This document shows positions 52,783 through 64,000 of a DNA stretch of 64,000 bases, piece after piece; within the stretch, counting starts at the first letter, position 1; the number at the start of each line of letters is the position of its first letter. The notes beneath the pieces are model-generated. The model worked only from the letters and a program-made list of their open reading frames with translations, was not told the origin of the DNA and did no database searches. Both the position numbers and the translations under genes were made by a program. Source of the stretch: Octopus bimaculoides (lineage: Eukaryota); contig NC_069010.1 in the NCBI RefSeq assembly GCF_001194135.2, positions 9,733,331-9,797,330 of the forward strand, given 5' to 3'.

Positions 52783-55170
52783 TGCATGTATGTATGTGTC
52801 AGGGATTAAGGTCTTTCATCTACAGATAATCCGTAGCATTTAATCCTCGCCATGATTGTGCCGGTGGTGGTGGTGGTGCTGGTGTTGGGGGGGATGGTGG
52901 TGTCACAGTGATCTTCTGTTGTACAGTAATCGCCAGGAGTGGTGGCGGGTTGAAGGAGGGAGGGCGTGGGATGCGACTGAGTTCTATTCTTAGGGTATTC
53001 ACTGCACACACGCACATATACGTGCGTACATACACACATAGACGCATACACACACATATATAGGCACGAGTATACGAACATATATGCATAGTACACCTAT
53101 ATACATACTGACACACTCATACACACACATATTGTGTGGTAAGAAGCTTGCTTTTCAACCACATGGTTCTGGGGTCGGTCCCACTGTGTGACAACCGACG
53201 ACTGGCCCCCCCATGACAACGTCTCCTTCATTGGACATTAAATTCTGCTTGCGAAGACCTGTTGGGGCAAGCGAAAGCAAAATTGTGATGGCACCACCGT
53301 TCGAGCGTGATCGTTACCAGCGTCGTCTTCCTGGCACTTGTGCCACAGCTTTGCGTTCCTGGCACTTGTGCCGGTGGCACGTGAAAAGTCACTCGAGCGA
53401 GATCGTTGCCTGTGCCACTGGACTGGCTCCTGTGCAGATGGATGGTAAAGAACACCATTTGCTTGTACCAATGTTGTGATATATTTTCATTAATTTGTGG
53501 AAGTTCATCTTTTTTCTGTGTACTTATTTGTTTCATTTTATTGTCAGTGAATTTTTCGGTGAGCTCTTCTATATCTCTCTCCTGTATATTTTTTTTGCTT
53601 ATGTGTTTTAATTATATTTTCATTGTTCATTGTGAATCTCTTCACATCTGCTAAGGTTATAAAGAAATATATTTTTCCATTGTTCTTTATAAATCTCCAT
53701 ACATTTGCTAATGTGTTTTATTAATTGTTCGTTATGAATCTCCGTACATTTGCTAACGTCTGAATTTATGCTTTCCTCACCGTCGATAATTGATTCATTT
53801 GTCTCCATCACCTGTACATCGCGCGTGTTTCATCAGTTTGTGTCTCATCCATCGATACAACAAAAGCTAGACCAAACATGGTACGCTGGCCAACATCGTC
53901 TGGAACATTCTGCCCTTCCTCAGAAGATCCTCGGTGTAATACTCATCGTATTATTCTATCCCATACTCCTCGGCTGCTATCTGATCCAACCAAAGTCACG
54001 AGTGAGTACTCATTACATTTTGTTTTTTTATTTTGATTTTTGTTTCTGTTGTTGAAGATGTTCGACCCGGCCCACGCGTTTTTAGTATATAAGCCAAAAG
54101 CCAGATGACTCTCTGTCAGTCTGTCTTTGTCTATATATATACATACACGCATTTCATCACCATCATCTTCATCATATCATCGCCAATACTATCATCGTTT
54201 AACGTCCGCTTTCCATGCTAGCATGGGTTGGACGATTTGACTGAGGACTGGTGAAACCAGATGGCTACACCAGGCTCCAATCTGATTTGGCAGAGTTTCT
54301 ACAGCTGGATGCCCTTCCTAACGCCAACCACTCCGAGAGTGTAGTGGGCCTTCGTAACTAACTACCTTCTATTCTCTTTCTCTCTCTCTCTCCCTCAGCT
54401 TGGCACCATCATCAGCTACCCCTGTATCAAGTTCATTTGTCACAGTCTGTCCTTCACCGCATTCATCACCCTCATCATCCTCTCCACCCTGGAGATGTCC
54501 AGCTACAGCGAAAACAAACTCTCCACATCGCTACCCGACATCTTCGCACAGTACAACCGTTTCTGCAACACTTCGCCCGATTCCTCCTACTTTGGTAACG
54601 ACTTCCCACTGCGCAAGTGCAACATTCAACCAATGGAAATGCTGCTCATTGTCTTCATTGTCGGTGAGTGAAATATCTCCTTTCTTTCTTTCTTTCTCTT
54701 TTACTTGTTTCAGTCATTAGACTCTGGCCATGCTACAGCACCACCTTCAAGAATTTTTAGTCAAATGAATCGACTCCAATACTTTTGTTTTTATAAGCCT
54801 GGCACTTATTCTGTCGGTCTCTTTTGCCAAACTGCTAAGCTATGGGGACATAAAAAAACACCAGTTGTCAAGCAATGGTAGGAGACAAACACACACACGC
54901 ACTCTCTCTCTCACACACACACATACATAGATACATATGCGACGGGCTTCTTTCAGTTTCCATCTACCAAATCCACTTACATGGCTTTGGTCGGCCTGAG
55001 GCTATAGAATAAGACACCTGTCCGAGGTGCCACGCAGTGGGACTGAACCCGGAACCATGTGGTTGGAAAGCTAACTTCTTACCACACAGCCACTGTATTT
55101 TTTATATATCAATTAGTGAAAGAAATTACTAAAGAGTAAAAATATAAAGAGAAACTATATCTGTTCACTG

Positions 55171-55210
<40 letters not shown>

Positions 55211-58128
55211 NNNNNNNNNNNNNNNNNNNNNNNNNNNNNNNNNNNNNNNNNNNNNNNNNNNNNNNNNNNNNNNNNNNNNNNNNNNNNNNNNNNNNNNNNN
55301 NNNNNNNNNNNNNNNNNNNNNNNNNNNNNNNNNNNNNNNNNNNNNNNNNNNNNNNNNNNNNNNNNNNNNNNNNNNNNNNNNNNNNNNNNNNNNNNNNNNN
55401 NNNNNNNNNNNNNNNNNNNNNNNNNNNNNNNNNNNNNNNNNNNNNNNNNNNNNNNNNNNNNNNNNNNNNNNNNNNNNNNNNNNNNNNNNNNNNNNNNNNN
55501 NNNNNNNNNNNNNNNNNNNNNNNNNNNNNNNNNNNNNNNNNNNNNNNNNNNNNNNNNNNNNNNNNNNNNNNNNNNNNNNNNNNNNNNNNNNNNNNNNNNN
55601 NNNNNNNNNNNNNNNNNNNNNNNNNNNNNNNNNNNNNNNNNNNNNNNNNNNNNNNNNNNNNNNNNNNNNNNNNNNNNNNNNNNNNNNNNNNNNNNNNNNN
55701 NNNNNNNNNNNNNNNNNNNNNNNNNNNNNNNNNNNNNNNNNNNNNNNNNNNNNNNNNNNNNNNNNNNNNNNNNNNNNNNNNNNNNNNNNNNNNNNNNNNN
55801 NNNNNNNNNNNNNNNNNNNNNNNNNNNNNNNNNNNNNNNNNNNNNNNNNNNNNNNNNNNNNNNNNNNNNNNNNNNNNNNNNNNNNNNNNNNNNNNNNNNN
55901 NNNNNNNNNNNNNNNNNNNNNNNNNNNNNNNNNNNNNNNNNNNNNNNNNNNNNNNNNNNNNNNNNNNNNNNNNNNNNNNNNNNNNNNNNNNNNNNNNNNN
56001 NNNNNNNNNNNNNNNNNNNNNNNNNNNNNNNNNNNNNNNNNNNNNNNNNNNNNNNNNNNNNNNNNNNNNNNNNNNNNNNNNNNNNNNNNNNNNNNNNNNN
56101 NNNNNNNNNNNNNNNNNNNNNNNNNNNNNNNNNNNNNNNNNNNNNNNNNNNNNNNNNNNNNNNNNNNNNTGGAGACCTGCCTTCGTCTACGAATTGGCTT
56201 CAAACACGGCCGAGTCTCAAAAACGACCAAAAAAAAATGGCGAAGAAAAGCCGAAAATAATATTAGATAATATCGGTAAATTCGCCACAAAAGGCAGGTT
56301 TCCCGTGCAAACAAATTACACAACCGAATGCATTAGTTATTGCACAACTTTGACATATAAAAATATAATCCCAAAAACAACTTTTTAAGGCAATAAAAGG
56401 GTGTTAAAACTATGAAGGATTGACCAGAGCTCAAAAACAAATAAAAAAAAATTCGTGTAAAATAACTGGGAACGAATTGGAACAGAAACAGAAAACTGCA
56501 CGCGCTGGCGAACGGGAGTGGGGTGGGAGGAGAGGGAGGGAAGGTTCAGATCGTCAGACATCGTCAGTCGATGGCCTCTGAACTGGAAAGGTTTGACCAG
56601 AACTCAAAAACGAAATAAAAAATTAGTGTGAATGCGTGCGTTCATGTTCGTGTTTGTGTGAATGCGTGTGTGCACCTGTGTGTGTGTAAGTAATTGAACG
56701 GGTGACTGTGTGTGTATGTGTGTGTGTGTGAAGCAGACACAGAAGAGAAAGGGAGAGAGTGGATCGTAATGCATCAGTTGTTGCACAACTTCGACATAAA
56801 AAAATATAATCCCAAAAACAACTTTTCTAAGGCAATAAAAAGGGGTTAAAACTATAAATGTTTGACCCCGAGCTCAGAAACGAAATAAAAAAATTAGTCT
56901 AAAACAACTTGGCTGTTGGGAACATAGCAAAAGACAAATATTATTCTATATTTTNNNNNNNNNNNNNNNNNNNNNNNNNNNNNNNNNNNNNNNNNNNNNN
57001 NNNNNNNNNNNNNNNNNNNNNNNNNNNNNNNNNNNNNNNNNNNNNNNNNNNNNNCTAGTTCGTACGATATACGAGGTTGAAAATGAAAAATATTATTCGT
57101 AAGGGAGACAACTCTGTCATAGCTAACGTGTGCGTGTGTATGAATGCGTGCGTTCATGTTCGTATGTGTGAATGCATATGGTGTAAGGGAGACAACTCTG
57201 TCATAGTTAATGTGTGTGTGTGTCTTTGTATCTGTTTGTCCCAACCCAGTCTGTCTCTCTCTCTCTCTCTCTATCTATCCATCTATTTGTCCACCTATCT
57301 ATCTATCTATTTATCTATTTATTTATCTCTCTGTCTGTCTCCCGTAAATCGTTGAGTATAAATCTGCATTTTATCTCCATAATTTAATGGTCAAAATCCC
57401 TAGTTCGTACGATATACGAGGTTGAACATGTGTTTGTGTGAATGCGTGCGTTCATGTGTGTTTGTGTGAATGCAAACGTTCATGTTCGTGTATGCGTGTT
57501 TGTGTCAATGCGTGTGTGAGCCTGTGTGTGTGTAAGTAATTTAACGGGTGACTTACAGTGTGTATGTGTGTGTGAACCAGACGCAGAAGAGAAAGGGAGA
57601 GAGTGGATGGGAATTGTGAATGTGTGTGTGTGTGAGAGAGAGAGAGACAGACAGAGAGTGTATGTGTGTGTATGCATGTTTGTGTATATGTGCGCGTGTT
57701 TACTACACATGACTAAACCATTGGTTCCCCATCTGGGATCCGCCGACCCCTGGTAGTCCCCTGGGAGTCCGTGAACTAAATTCAAAATTTCAAAATACAT
57801 AGGCGCAGGACTGACGGTTCCGGGTTCAGTCCTACTGCGTGGCACTTTGGACAAGTGGCTTCTGCTATAGCCCTGGGCCAACCAAAGCCTGGGAGGATTT
57901 AGCAGACGGAAAATGAAAGACGTCCGTCGTGTGTGCGTGTGTTTGTCCCCTCACCACCACCATCGCACGACAACCGATGTTGGTGTGTTTACGTCCCTTG
58001 AGATCCATAGAATAAACGCTAGGCTTTTACAAATTGCTTGCTTTCTGCCAATATTTGAAATTCAATATTTATGTCATTCGAGTTCATTTTTTTAAAATAC
58101 ACTTTCAGGTTTCTCTCCTCTGTATTTA

Positions 58129-58177
<49 letters not shown>

Positions 58178-61100
58178 GATTGGCAGACAGCAGAAAGCGT
58201 GTGTGTGTGTATAAGTGCATGAACATGCATGCGTAGTTGTGTATATGTGTGCGTGTTTACTTCATACATATAAACCATTAATCCTTTTTTCATTTAAGGG
58301 ACATTTATATTCTTTTCAAAATTTAGTATCACACCTGAACGTAACTGAAAGTATAGGGGGAATATATTATATTCAGGTTACATTGTGGCACACTTAGCAT
58401 CATCTTGTGGCACACCAGTGTGCCGCAGCACTGGTCTAAATAATGTCCAATGTACTAATCATCATCATCATCGTTTAACATCCACTTTCCAAGCTGGCAT
58501 GGGTTGGGCGATTTGACTGAGGACTGGTGAACCAGGAGGCTGTACCAGGCTCCAATCTGATTTGGCAGAGTTTCTACAGTTGGATGCCCTTCCTAATGCC
58601 AACCACTCCGAGAGTGTAGTGGGGGCTTTTTACGTGCCACCAGCACGAGGGCCAGTCAAGTGGAACCGGCATCAGCCACGCTTGAATGGTGCTTTTTACA
58701 TGCCACCGGCACAGGAGCCAGTCCAGTGACACTGACAACGACCACGCTTGAATGGTGGTCAATCAAATTCATCTTCTCTCCTCTGTATCCAAAGTTTTGC
58801 AATATTCTGCTAACTCAATTGCTTTATTGATCAAGTTACCCTAAATCCTTCAGTATAATCCTAATTTTTCTCCAAAATTTAAAGGTCAAGATCCCTATTT
58901 CATACGATACNNNNNNNNNNNNNNNNNNNNNNNNNNNNNNNNNNNNNNNNNNNNNNNNNNNNNNNNNNNNNNNNNNNNNNNNNNNNNNNNNNNNNNNNNN
59001 NNNNNNNNNNNNNNNNNNNNNNNNNNNNNNNNNNNNNNNNNNNNNNNNNNNNNNNNNNNNNNNNNNNNNNNNNNNNNNNNNNNNNNNNNNNNNNNNNNNN
59101 NNNNNNNNNNNNNNNNNNNNNNNNNNNNNNNNNNNNNNNNNNNNNNNNNNNNNNNNNNNNNNNNNNNNNNNNNNNNNNNNNNNNNNNNNNNNNNNNNNNN
59201 NNNNNNNNNNNNNNNNNNNNNNNNNNNNNNNNNNNNNNNNNNNNNNNNNNNNNNNNNNNNNNNNNNNNNNNNNNNNNNNNNNNNNNNNNNNNNNNNNNNN
59301 NNNNNNNNNNNNNNNNNNNNNNNNNNNNNNNNNNNNNNNNNNNNNNNNNNNNNNNNNNNNNNNNNNNNNNNNNNNNNNNNNNNNNNNNNNNNNNNNNNNN
59401 NNNNNNNNNNNNNNNNNNNNNNNNNNNNNTGATGTTGAATTTGAAGGGTTTGAATAAATGTTTTGGCTTTTTTTAACTGATAGGGATAAATATATAAAGG
59501 CAATTTACTTAATATTTATTTTTCACTGTCGTTATGACTGTTATTTCTTTATTTTCTGCAAACAAAATGAACAAAAAAGGCTACACGTTTGCATTATGTT
59601 ATATATACAATAATAATAATAAAGGAACTTACCGTATATATTGTTTACAAAGCAAGGATGTTTATTTTCCTCTCCTGTTGCGTGGTGAAAGCGGGAACAG
59701 GTTCGTTCCTCGTTGATGGAAAGAGGGAAAGACAGAAACTAAGCACGCGGTGAGGAGATGGCAGAGACGNNNNNNNNNNNNNNNNNNNNNNNNNNNNNNN
59801 NNNNNNNNNNNNNNNNNNNNNNNNNNNNNNNNNNNNNNNNNNNNNNNNNNNNNNNNNNNNNNNNNNNNNNNNNNNNNNNNNNNNNNNNNNNNNNNNNNNN
59901 NNNNNNNNNNNNNNNNNNNNNNNNNNNNNNNNNNNNNNNNNNNNNNNNNNNNNNNNNNNNNNNNNNNNNNNNNNNNNNNNNNNNNNNNNNNNNNNNNNNN
60001 NNNNNNNNNNNNNNNNNNNNNNNNNNNNNNNNNNNNNNNNNNNNNNNNNNNNNNNNNNNNNNNNNNNNNNNNNNNNNNNNNNNNNNNNNNNNNNNNNNNN
60101 NNNNNNNNNNNNNNNNNNNNNNNNNNNNNNNNNNNNNNNNNNNNNNNNNNNNATCTATTTGTCTATCTGTCTGTCTATCTATCCATTTATCTATCTATTT
60201 GTCTGTCTCTCTGTCTGTCTATTTATCTATTTATCTATCTATCTTTCTCTCTATCCATCTGTCTATCTAATCTATCTATTTGTTTGTCTGTCTGTCTGTC
60301 TACCTCTGCAGGATTCATTGTCCAGGAGCTTCAACAGATCTATGAAGGAGGACTCTGTGAGTACAGTTACTCCTACAGCAACATCATGGACTTTGCCATG
60401 CTCTCCCTCTACACGATGTGCTTCTCACTGCGGTTCTGCATTTTATTCAAGGTTGGTGGACCATATCTAGTTTCTTTCATATGTGTGTATGTGTATATAT
60501 ATATGCGTATGTGTGTGTATGTATATATGTCTGTGTGCATACATGTACAGGATACATGTATGTATACATATATGCCTGTATTTGTGTGTGCGCATGTGAA
60601 CAAACATTTAAATTAGTTCACAGAATGTTTGAGTCATATTTGATCCCTAAACAACCATCCAAGGTGGTGGCATGTTATTGTCGAGGGAACAGGCCAGATG
60701 GAAAATAGCAGACGTCAAAAGATAGAGAACAGATGCCGAAGATGCAAAGAGCGACTCGCACTTCTTCGTCCCCTACCAAATCTCCTCTGGGATAAATGTC
60801 CCCAGCTCTTCTATACAACCCTTGGCCTGAACAGCCATCTTAGACACCGGTACCATTCGTACCCATCAAGATGAAGAAGCCCGATTTCTCGCTCCAGATT
60901 AACTACTCGGATAGGACCTAATGCAACCACCAACCACAACGATATACTTGCGTCTATCTATCTACCTACCTACCTACCTACCTATCCATCTATCTATCTA
61001 TCTATCTATCTATCTACCTATGTATCTATATATCTATATACCTATCTATCTACCTATCTACCTACCTACCTACCTATATATTTATATATCTATCTATGCA

Positions 61101-61700
61101 TATATGTAACTGCTTATCTATCTGTCTGTTTATTTCAACAATTTCATAAAGTATACACATATTTCTACATGCAACAAAAGACTATATCTACACACATTCT
61201 CAGTCGCCTTCTCTCTCTCTCTTCCTCCTTCTCTCACAGAGACAACAGTCGACTCAGTATCTGCAAGAACTCTCCAATGGTACCATCGATTTTATGGAGA
61301 AATTCTATGATGTATATTGGTTGAATGCAGGTGAGTGTTGATCTCATACACTTCTGAATAAATCACTTCATGTACTCACGCACACACACATATACATACC
61401 TATATATAACATATGGCCGTTGCCAGTACCTCCTGACTGGCCTTCGTGCTGGTGGCACGTAAAAGCACCCACTACACTCTCTGAGTGGTTGGCGTTAGGA
61501 AGGGCATCCAGTTGTAGAAACCATGCCAGATCAGATTGGAGCCTGTTGTAGCCATCTAGTTCACCAGTCCTCAGTCAAATCGTCTAACCCATGCTAGCAT
61601 GGAAAGCGGACGTTAAACAATGATGATGATGATATACCAGGCCTTTCGTGACACCCTAAAAGAAAGGAACTTTTCAGCATCCCATCGTATACATACATGC

Positions 61701-61740
<40 letters not shown>

Positions 61741-62341
61741 GCCACCACATCACCACAGCTACCACCACCACCACCACAACCACCTCTACCACTCTACCTT
61801 TCCACACCAGATCGTTATTATTGGAACAAAGACGACCCAGAGAATGTAGCTGAGGCCTTGTTCGCTGTGGCAAATATACTCAGTTTCGCCAGGATCTCAT
61901 ACATTCTGCCAGCTAATGCCACCCTGGGACCGTTACAGATCTCAATCGGGAGAATGGTCAAGGTTAGTAAACACACTTTTGTTTATTGGTTATTGTTGTT
62001 GTTTATCACATCTTTTATAATAATAATAAGGAACTGGATGATTCCTGGTTTACCATCCTTGCAAGAAATGTAAAAGATTGTTTTAACTGGTAACCGGTCA
62101 CCCGTACTGAGAAGAACATTGTCACTGTGAATTTTCTTTCTTTTTTCCTCTGTATTTTCTTTGTTTCTTATTTTTTCATTTTTCCTTTTTAAAAAAAACA
62201 TTTTTCTTCTTCTCTTTATTCTTTCTGCCCCTTTTCGTCTGTTACGTGAGTTTGTAAATGAACAATCTGATGTACTTATTTTACTGGTCAACATATGTAT
62301 ACAGCAAGACACTCAGCAAGAAATGGAAATAAAATTGAAAG

Positions 62342-62374
<33 letters not shown>

Positions 62375-63001
62375 GTCAAGACAAAGACAGACGTACAGTT
62401 GAAATATCGTTGAATAAAATATCTTACAATCGAATCGCGCTCTTCGTCTTGGCTGTTTACCTTTGTGAAGAGTTATCTCAATCCTTTTTAAAATATAATA
62501 ATAATAATAATAATAATGATGATGTGCTTATTTATTTTATAACCAGGAGATATTGAAGTTCTTCCTGCTGTTCTGTTTGGTGTTGGCAGCGTTTATTGTT
62601 GGATTGCAGAATCTTTANNNNNNNNNNNNNNNNNNNNNNNNNNNNNNNNNNNNNNNNNNNNNNNNNNNNNNNNNNNNNNNNNNNNNNNNNNNNNNNNNNN
62701 NNNNNNNNNNNNNNNNNNNNNNNNNNNNNNNNNNNNNNNNNNNNNNNNNNNNNNNNNNNNNNNNNNNNNNNNNNNNNNNNNNNNNNNNNNNNNNNNNNNN
62801 NNNNNNNNNNNNNNNNNNNNNNNNNNNNNNNNNNNNNNNNNNNNNNNNNNNNNNNNNNNNNNNNNNNNNNNNNNNNNNNNNNNNNNNNNNNNNNNNNNNN
62901 NNNNNNNNNNNNNNNNNNNNNNNNNNNNNNNNNNNNNNNNNNNNNNNNNNNNNNNNNNNNNNNNNNNNNNNNNNNNNNNNNNNNNNNNNNNNNNNNNNNN
63001 N

Positions 63002-63068
<67 letters not shown>

Positions 63069-63218
63069 TACACATATATATATATATATATCATATGTAT
63101 ATATGTATGTATGTGTATATATGTGTCTTTCTTGCTTTTAACCCTCCAACGCGGAGTATAGGCCACTTATAACTGAATTCCATGTCACATAATTTTTCAC
63201 TTCTGTACTTATAATGTG

Positions 63219-63264
<46 letters not shown>

Positions 63265-64000
63265 TTATTTAGGTAGCAGTAAGCAAATGTGTACCAACAA
63301 GGAGAACTATAACTGTCATTAAATATACTAATACATCTATTTGTTTTCAACACCACCTGTCTTCATCTGTTGTTTTTTTGTGAATTCTCCCTATATATAT
63401 ATGTATGTATGTATATACACACACACATATATACATACACACATACATACATATCCTATGGAAAATCTGTGGAGATAAACTTAAATATATATACCCAGAA
63501 TAAAAACCCTCTTTGCTCATGGATGACCATGGGATTGCACCTAGGAAGTTCCCCTCCGAGGCACAAGCGTGGACAAGATTGTTTATAGAAGACCATCAGT
63601 CACCCAGACTATCCTCTCCATGTCCCCTGATGTTATCCAAGGGAAAGGCAAAGGGGCTGATACAACTTGGTACCATTGATATTGCAACTCATTTCTACAG
63701 GAGCAACGTGAAATAAAGTAACTTGCTCAAGAACACAACACAATTGAACTCACTATCTCATGATTGAGAGCCCGATGCTCTAACCACTGAGCCATTTGTC
63801 TACACATACACACACAATCACATATGTATAACTAAACGAACATTTCCCGTTGTATATCTTCCTCTTCTATCTCTCCTAGTTTCATCAGTACATTCCGCAC
63901 AGCCTTCTGGTCGCTGTTTGGAAGGGGCGAACCCCATGCCGTCCAACTGGGGGACTATGACAACTCCTTCACCGAAGACGTCGGCTACGTCATCTACGGG
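46807..64000 (+). CDS. TRPC: Canonical transient receptor potential (TRPC/TRP-gamma-like) cation channel; continues beyond the window
   Basis: Firm exons: <49200..49271, 49424..49921, 50491..50664, 53837..54001, 54399..54663, 60312..60451, 61240..61330, 61811..61962, 62547..>62617, 63880..>64000, with consistent phases. Probable N-terminal exons are 46807..46860 (MEQETVKSEQKIQYGTLL) and 48444..48524. Motifs: ankyrin repeats (DVNSVDALGRNALTLAIKNEHLE, TPIILAAQ), TRP_2 Zn motif PHKYNCQCTEC, LSSKDPIL, LKLALRYGEKKFVSHP, PCIKFICHS, LGPLQISIGRMVK, pore FWSLFG. Gaps hide sequence at 48864-49199 and after 62617. Confidence 0.93.
47110..47870 (-). repeat. Degenerate tandem array (~150-190 bp units) derived from an RTE-like LINE 3' end
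   Basis: Anchor cttgaagaatccatcttgcgat and variants recur about five times. The minus strand reads ILQAKPRVRKLEGRPRVKWLDNI. A related array lies at ~4660-5190. Confidence 0.6.
48011..48303 (+). mobile_element. High-copy SINE/short retroposon family A with (GAT)n tail
   Basis: Consensus ...aaaagcacccactacactctcggagtggttggcgttaggaagggcatccagctgtagaaactctgccaaatcagattggagcctgg...ccatgctagcatggaaagcggacgttaaacgatgatgatg. Other copies at ~625-723, 731-875, 5664-5866, 13589-13810, 14104-14232, 14540-14921, 54160-54350, 58459-58760 and 61414-61633, in both orientations. Confidence 0.8.
48673..48835 (+). mobile_element. tRNA-derived SINE family B
   Basis: Head ggagtggctgtgtggt..agcttgcttaccaaccacatggttccgggttcagtccc (A/B-box-like) then ttgggcaagtgtcttctactatagc...ggaaactgaaagaagcccgtc. 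Other copies at ~8186, 16548, 22800, 28466, 35917, 37426, 43127, 50962, 54940 and 57800. Confidence 0.8.
52055..52240 (+). other. Orphan exon-like ORF inside a TRPC intron (62 codons, phase 0-0)
   Basis: Acceptor tttttctccttaaattcAG, open frame VEELMKIKDWEDFCKNSLSLPKTNTTHILKLLCDKNLVKLDVPKQILSIISSLNGFEDLLDA, donor GTAAGT. Confidence 0.4.

Noticed and set aside
53540-53810. Minus-strand repeated peptide S[KR]CxEI[HY]xEQ
   Set aside because: An AT-rich degenerate tandem repeat with stops and frameshifts, just upstream of a TRPC acceptor.
56340-57560. Several duplicated blocks (e.g. ctagttcgtacgatatacgaggttgaa twice)
   Set aside because: They straddle gaps and low-complexity sequence; likely haplotype redundancy or local intronic duplication, with no coding signal.

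Overview
Eukaryotic genomic scaffold, AT-rich, full of microsatellites, SINEs and N gaps. The repeat content resembles an octopus genome (inference). There are no CRISPR arrays, rRNA or intact tRNA genes, and almost all ORF-track entries are microsatellite or gap artefacts. Reading splice sites by hand gives five spliced genes. (1) The last four coding exons of a D-amino-acid/D-aspartate oxidase ending in the peroxisomal signal SKL (+, 1564-2972). (2) A secreted precursor: signal peptide, propeptide, His/Gly/Tyr/Pro tandem repeat (HTYGP), then a phase-1 splice onto a six-cysteine beta-defensin-like exon (+, 7077-10039). (3) A convergently oriented paralog with the same six-Cys exon but a short, unrelated N-terminus (-, 23221-22140). 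(4) A complete 8-exon, 387-aa secreted trypsin-fold pseudo-protease with a Thr/Pro mucin stalk (+, 30479-38540). (5) A TRPC-family channel running off the window end (+, ~46807->64000). The most notable result is the pair of defensin-like genes, which share one Cys module and exon structure but have swapped N-terminal modules. Neither Cys exon appears in the ORF track. Also present: a U6 pseudogene, DD37D (maT) transposon derivatives, RTE/Tx1/HERO-like LINE fragments, several SINE families, a telomere-like tract, a pre-miRNA-like hairpin and orphan exon-like segments. All models are manual; no database search was run.
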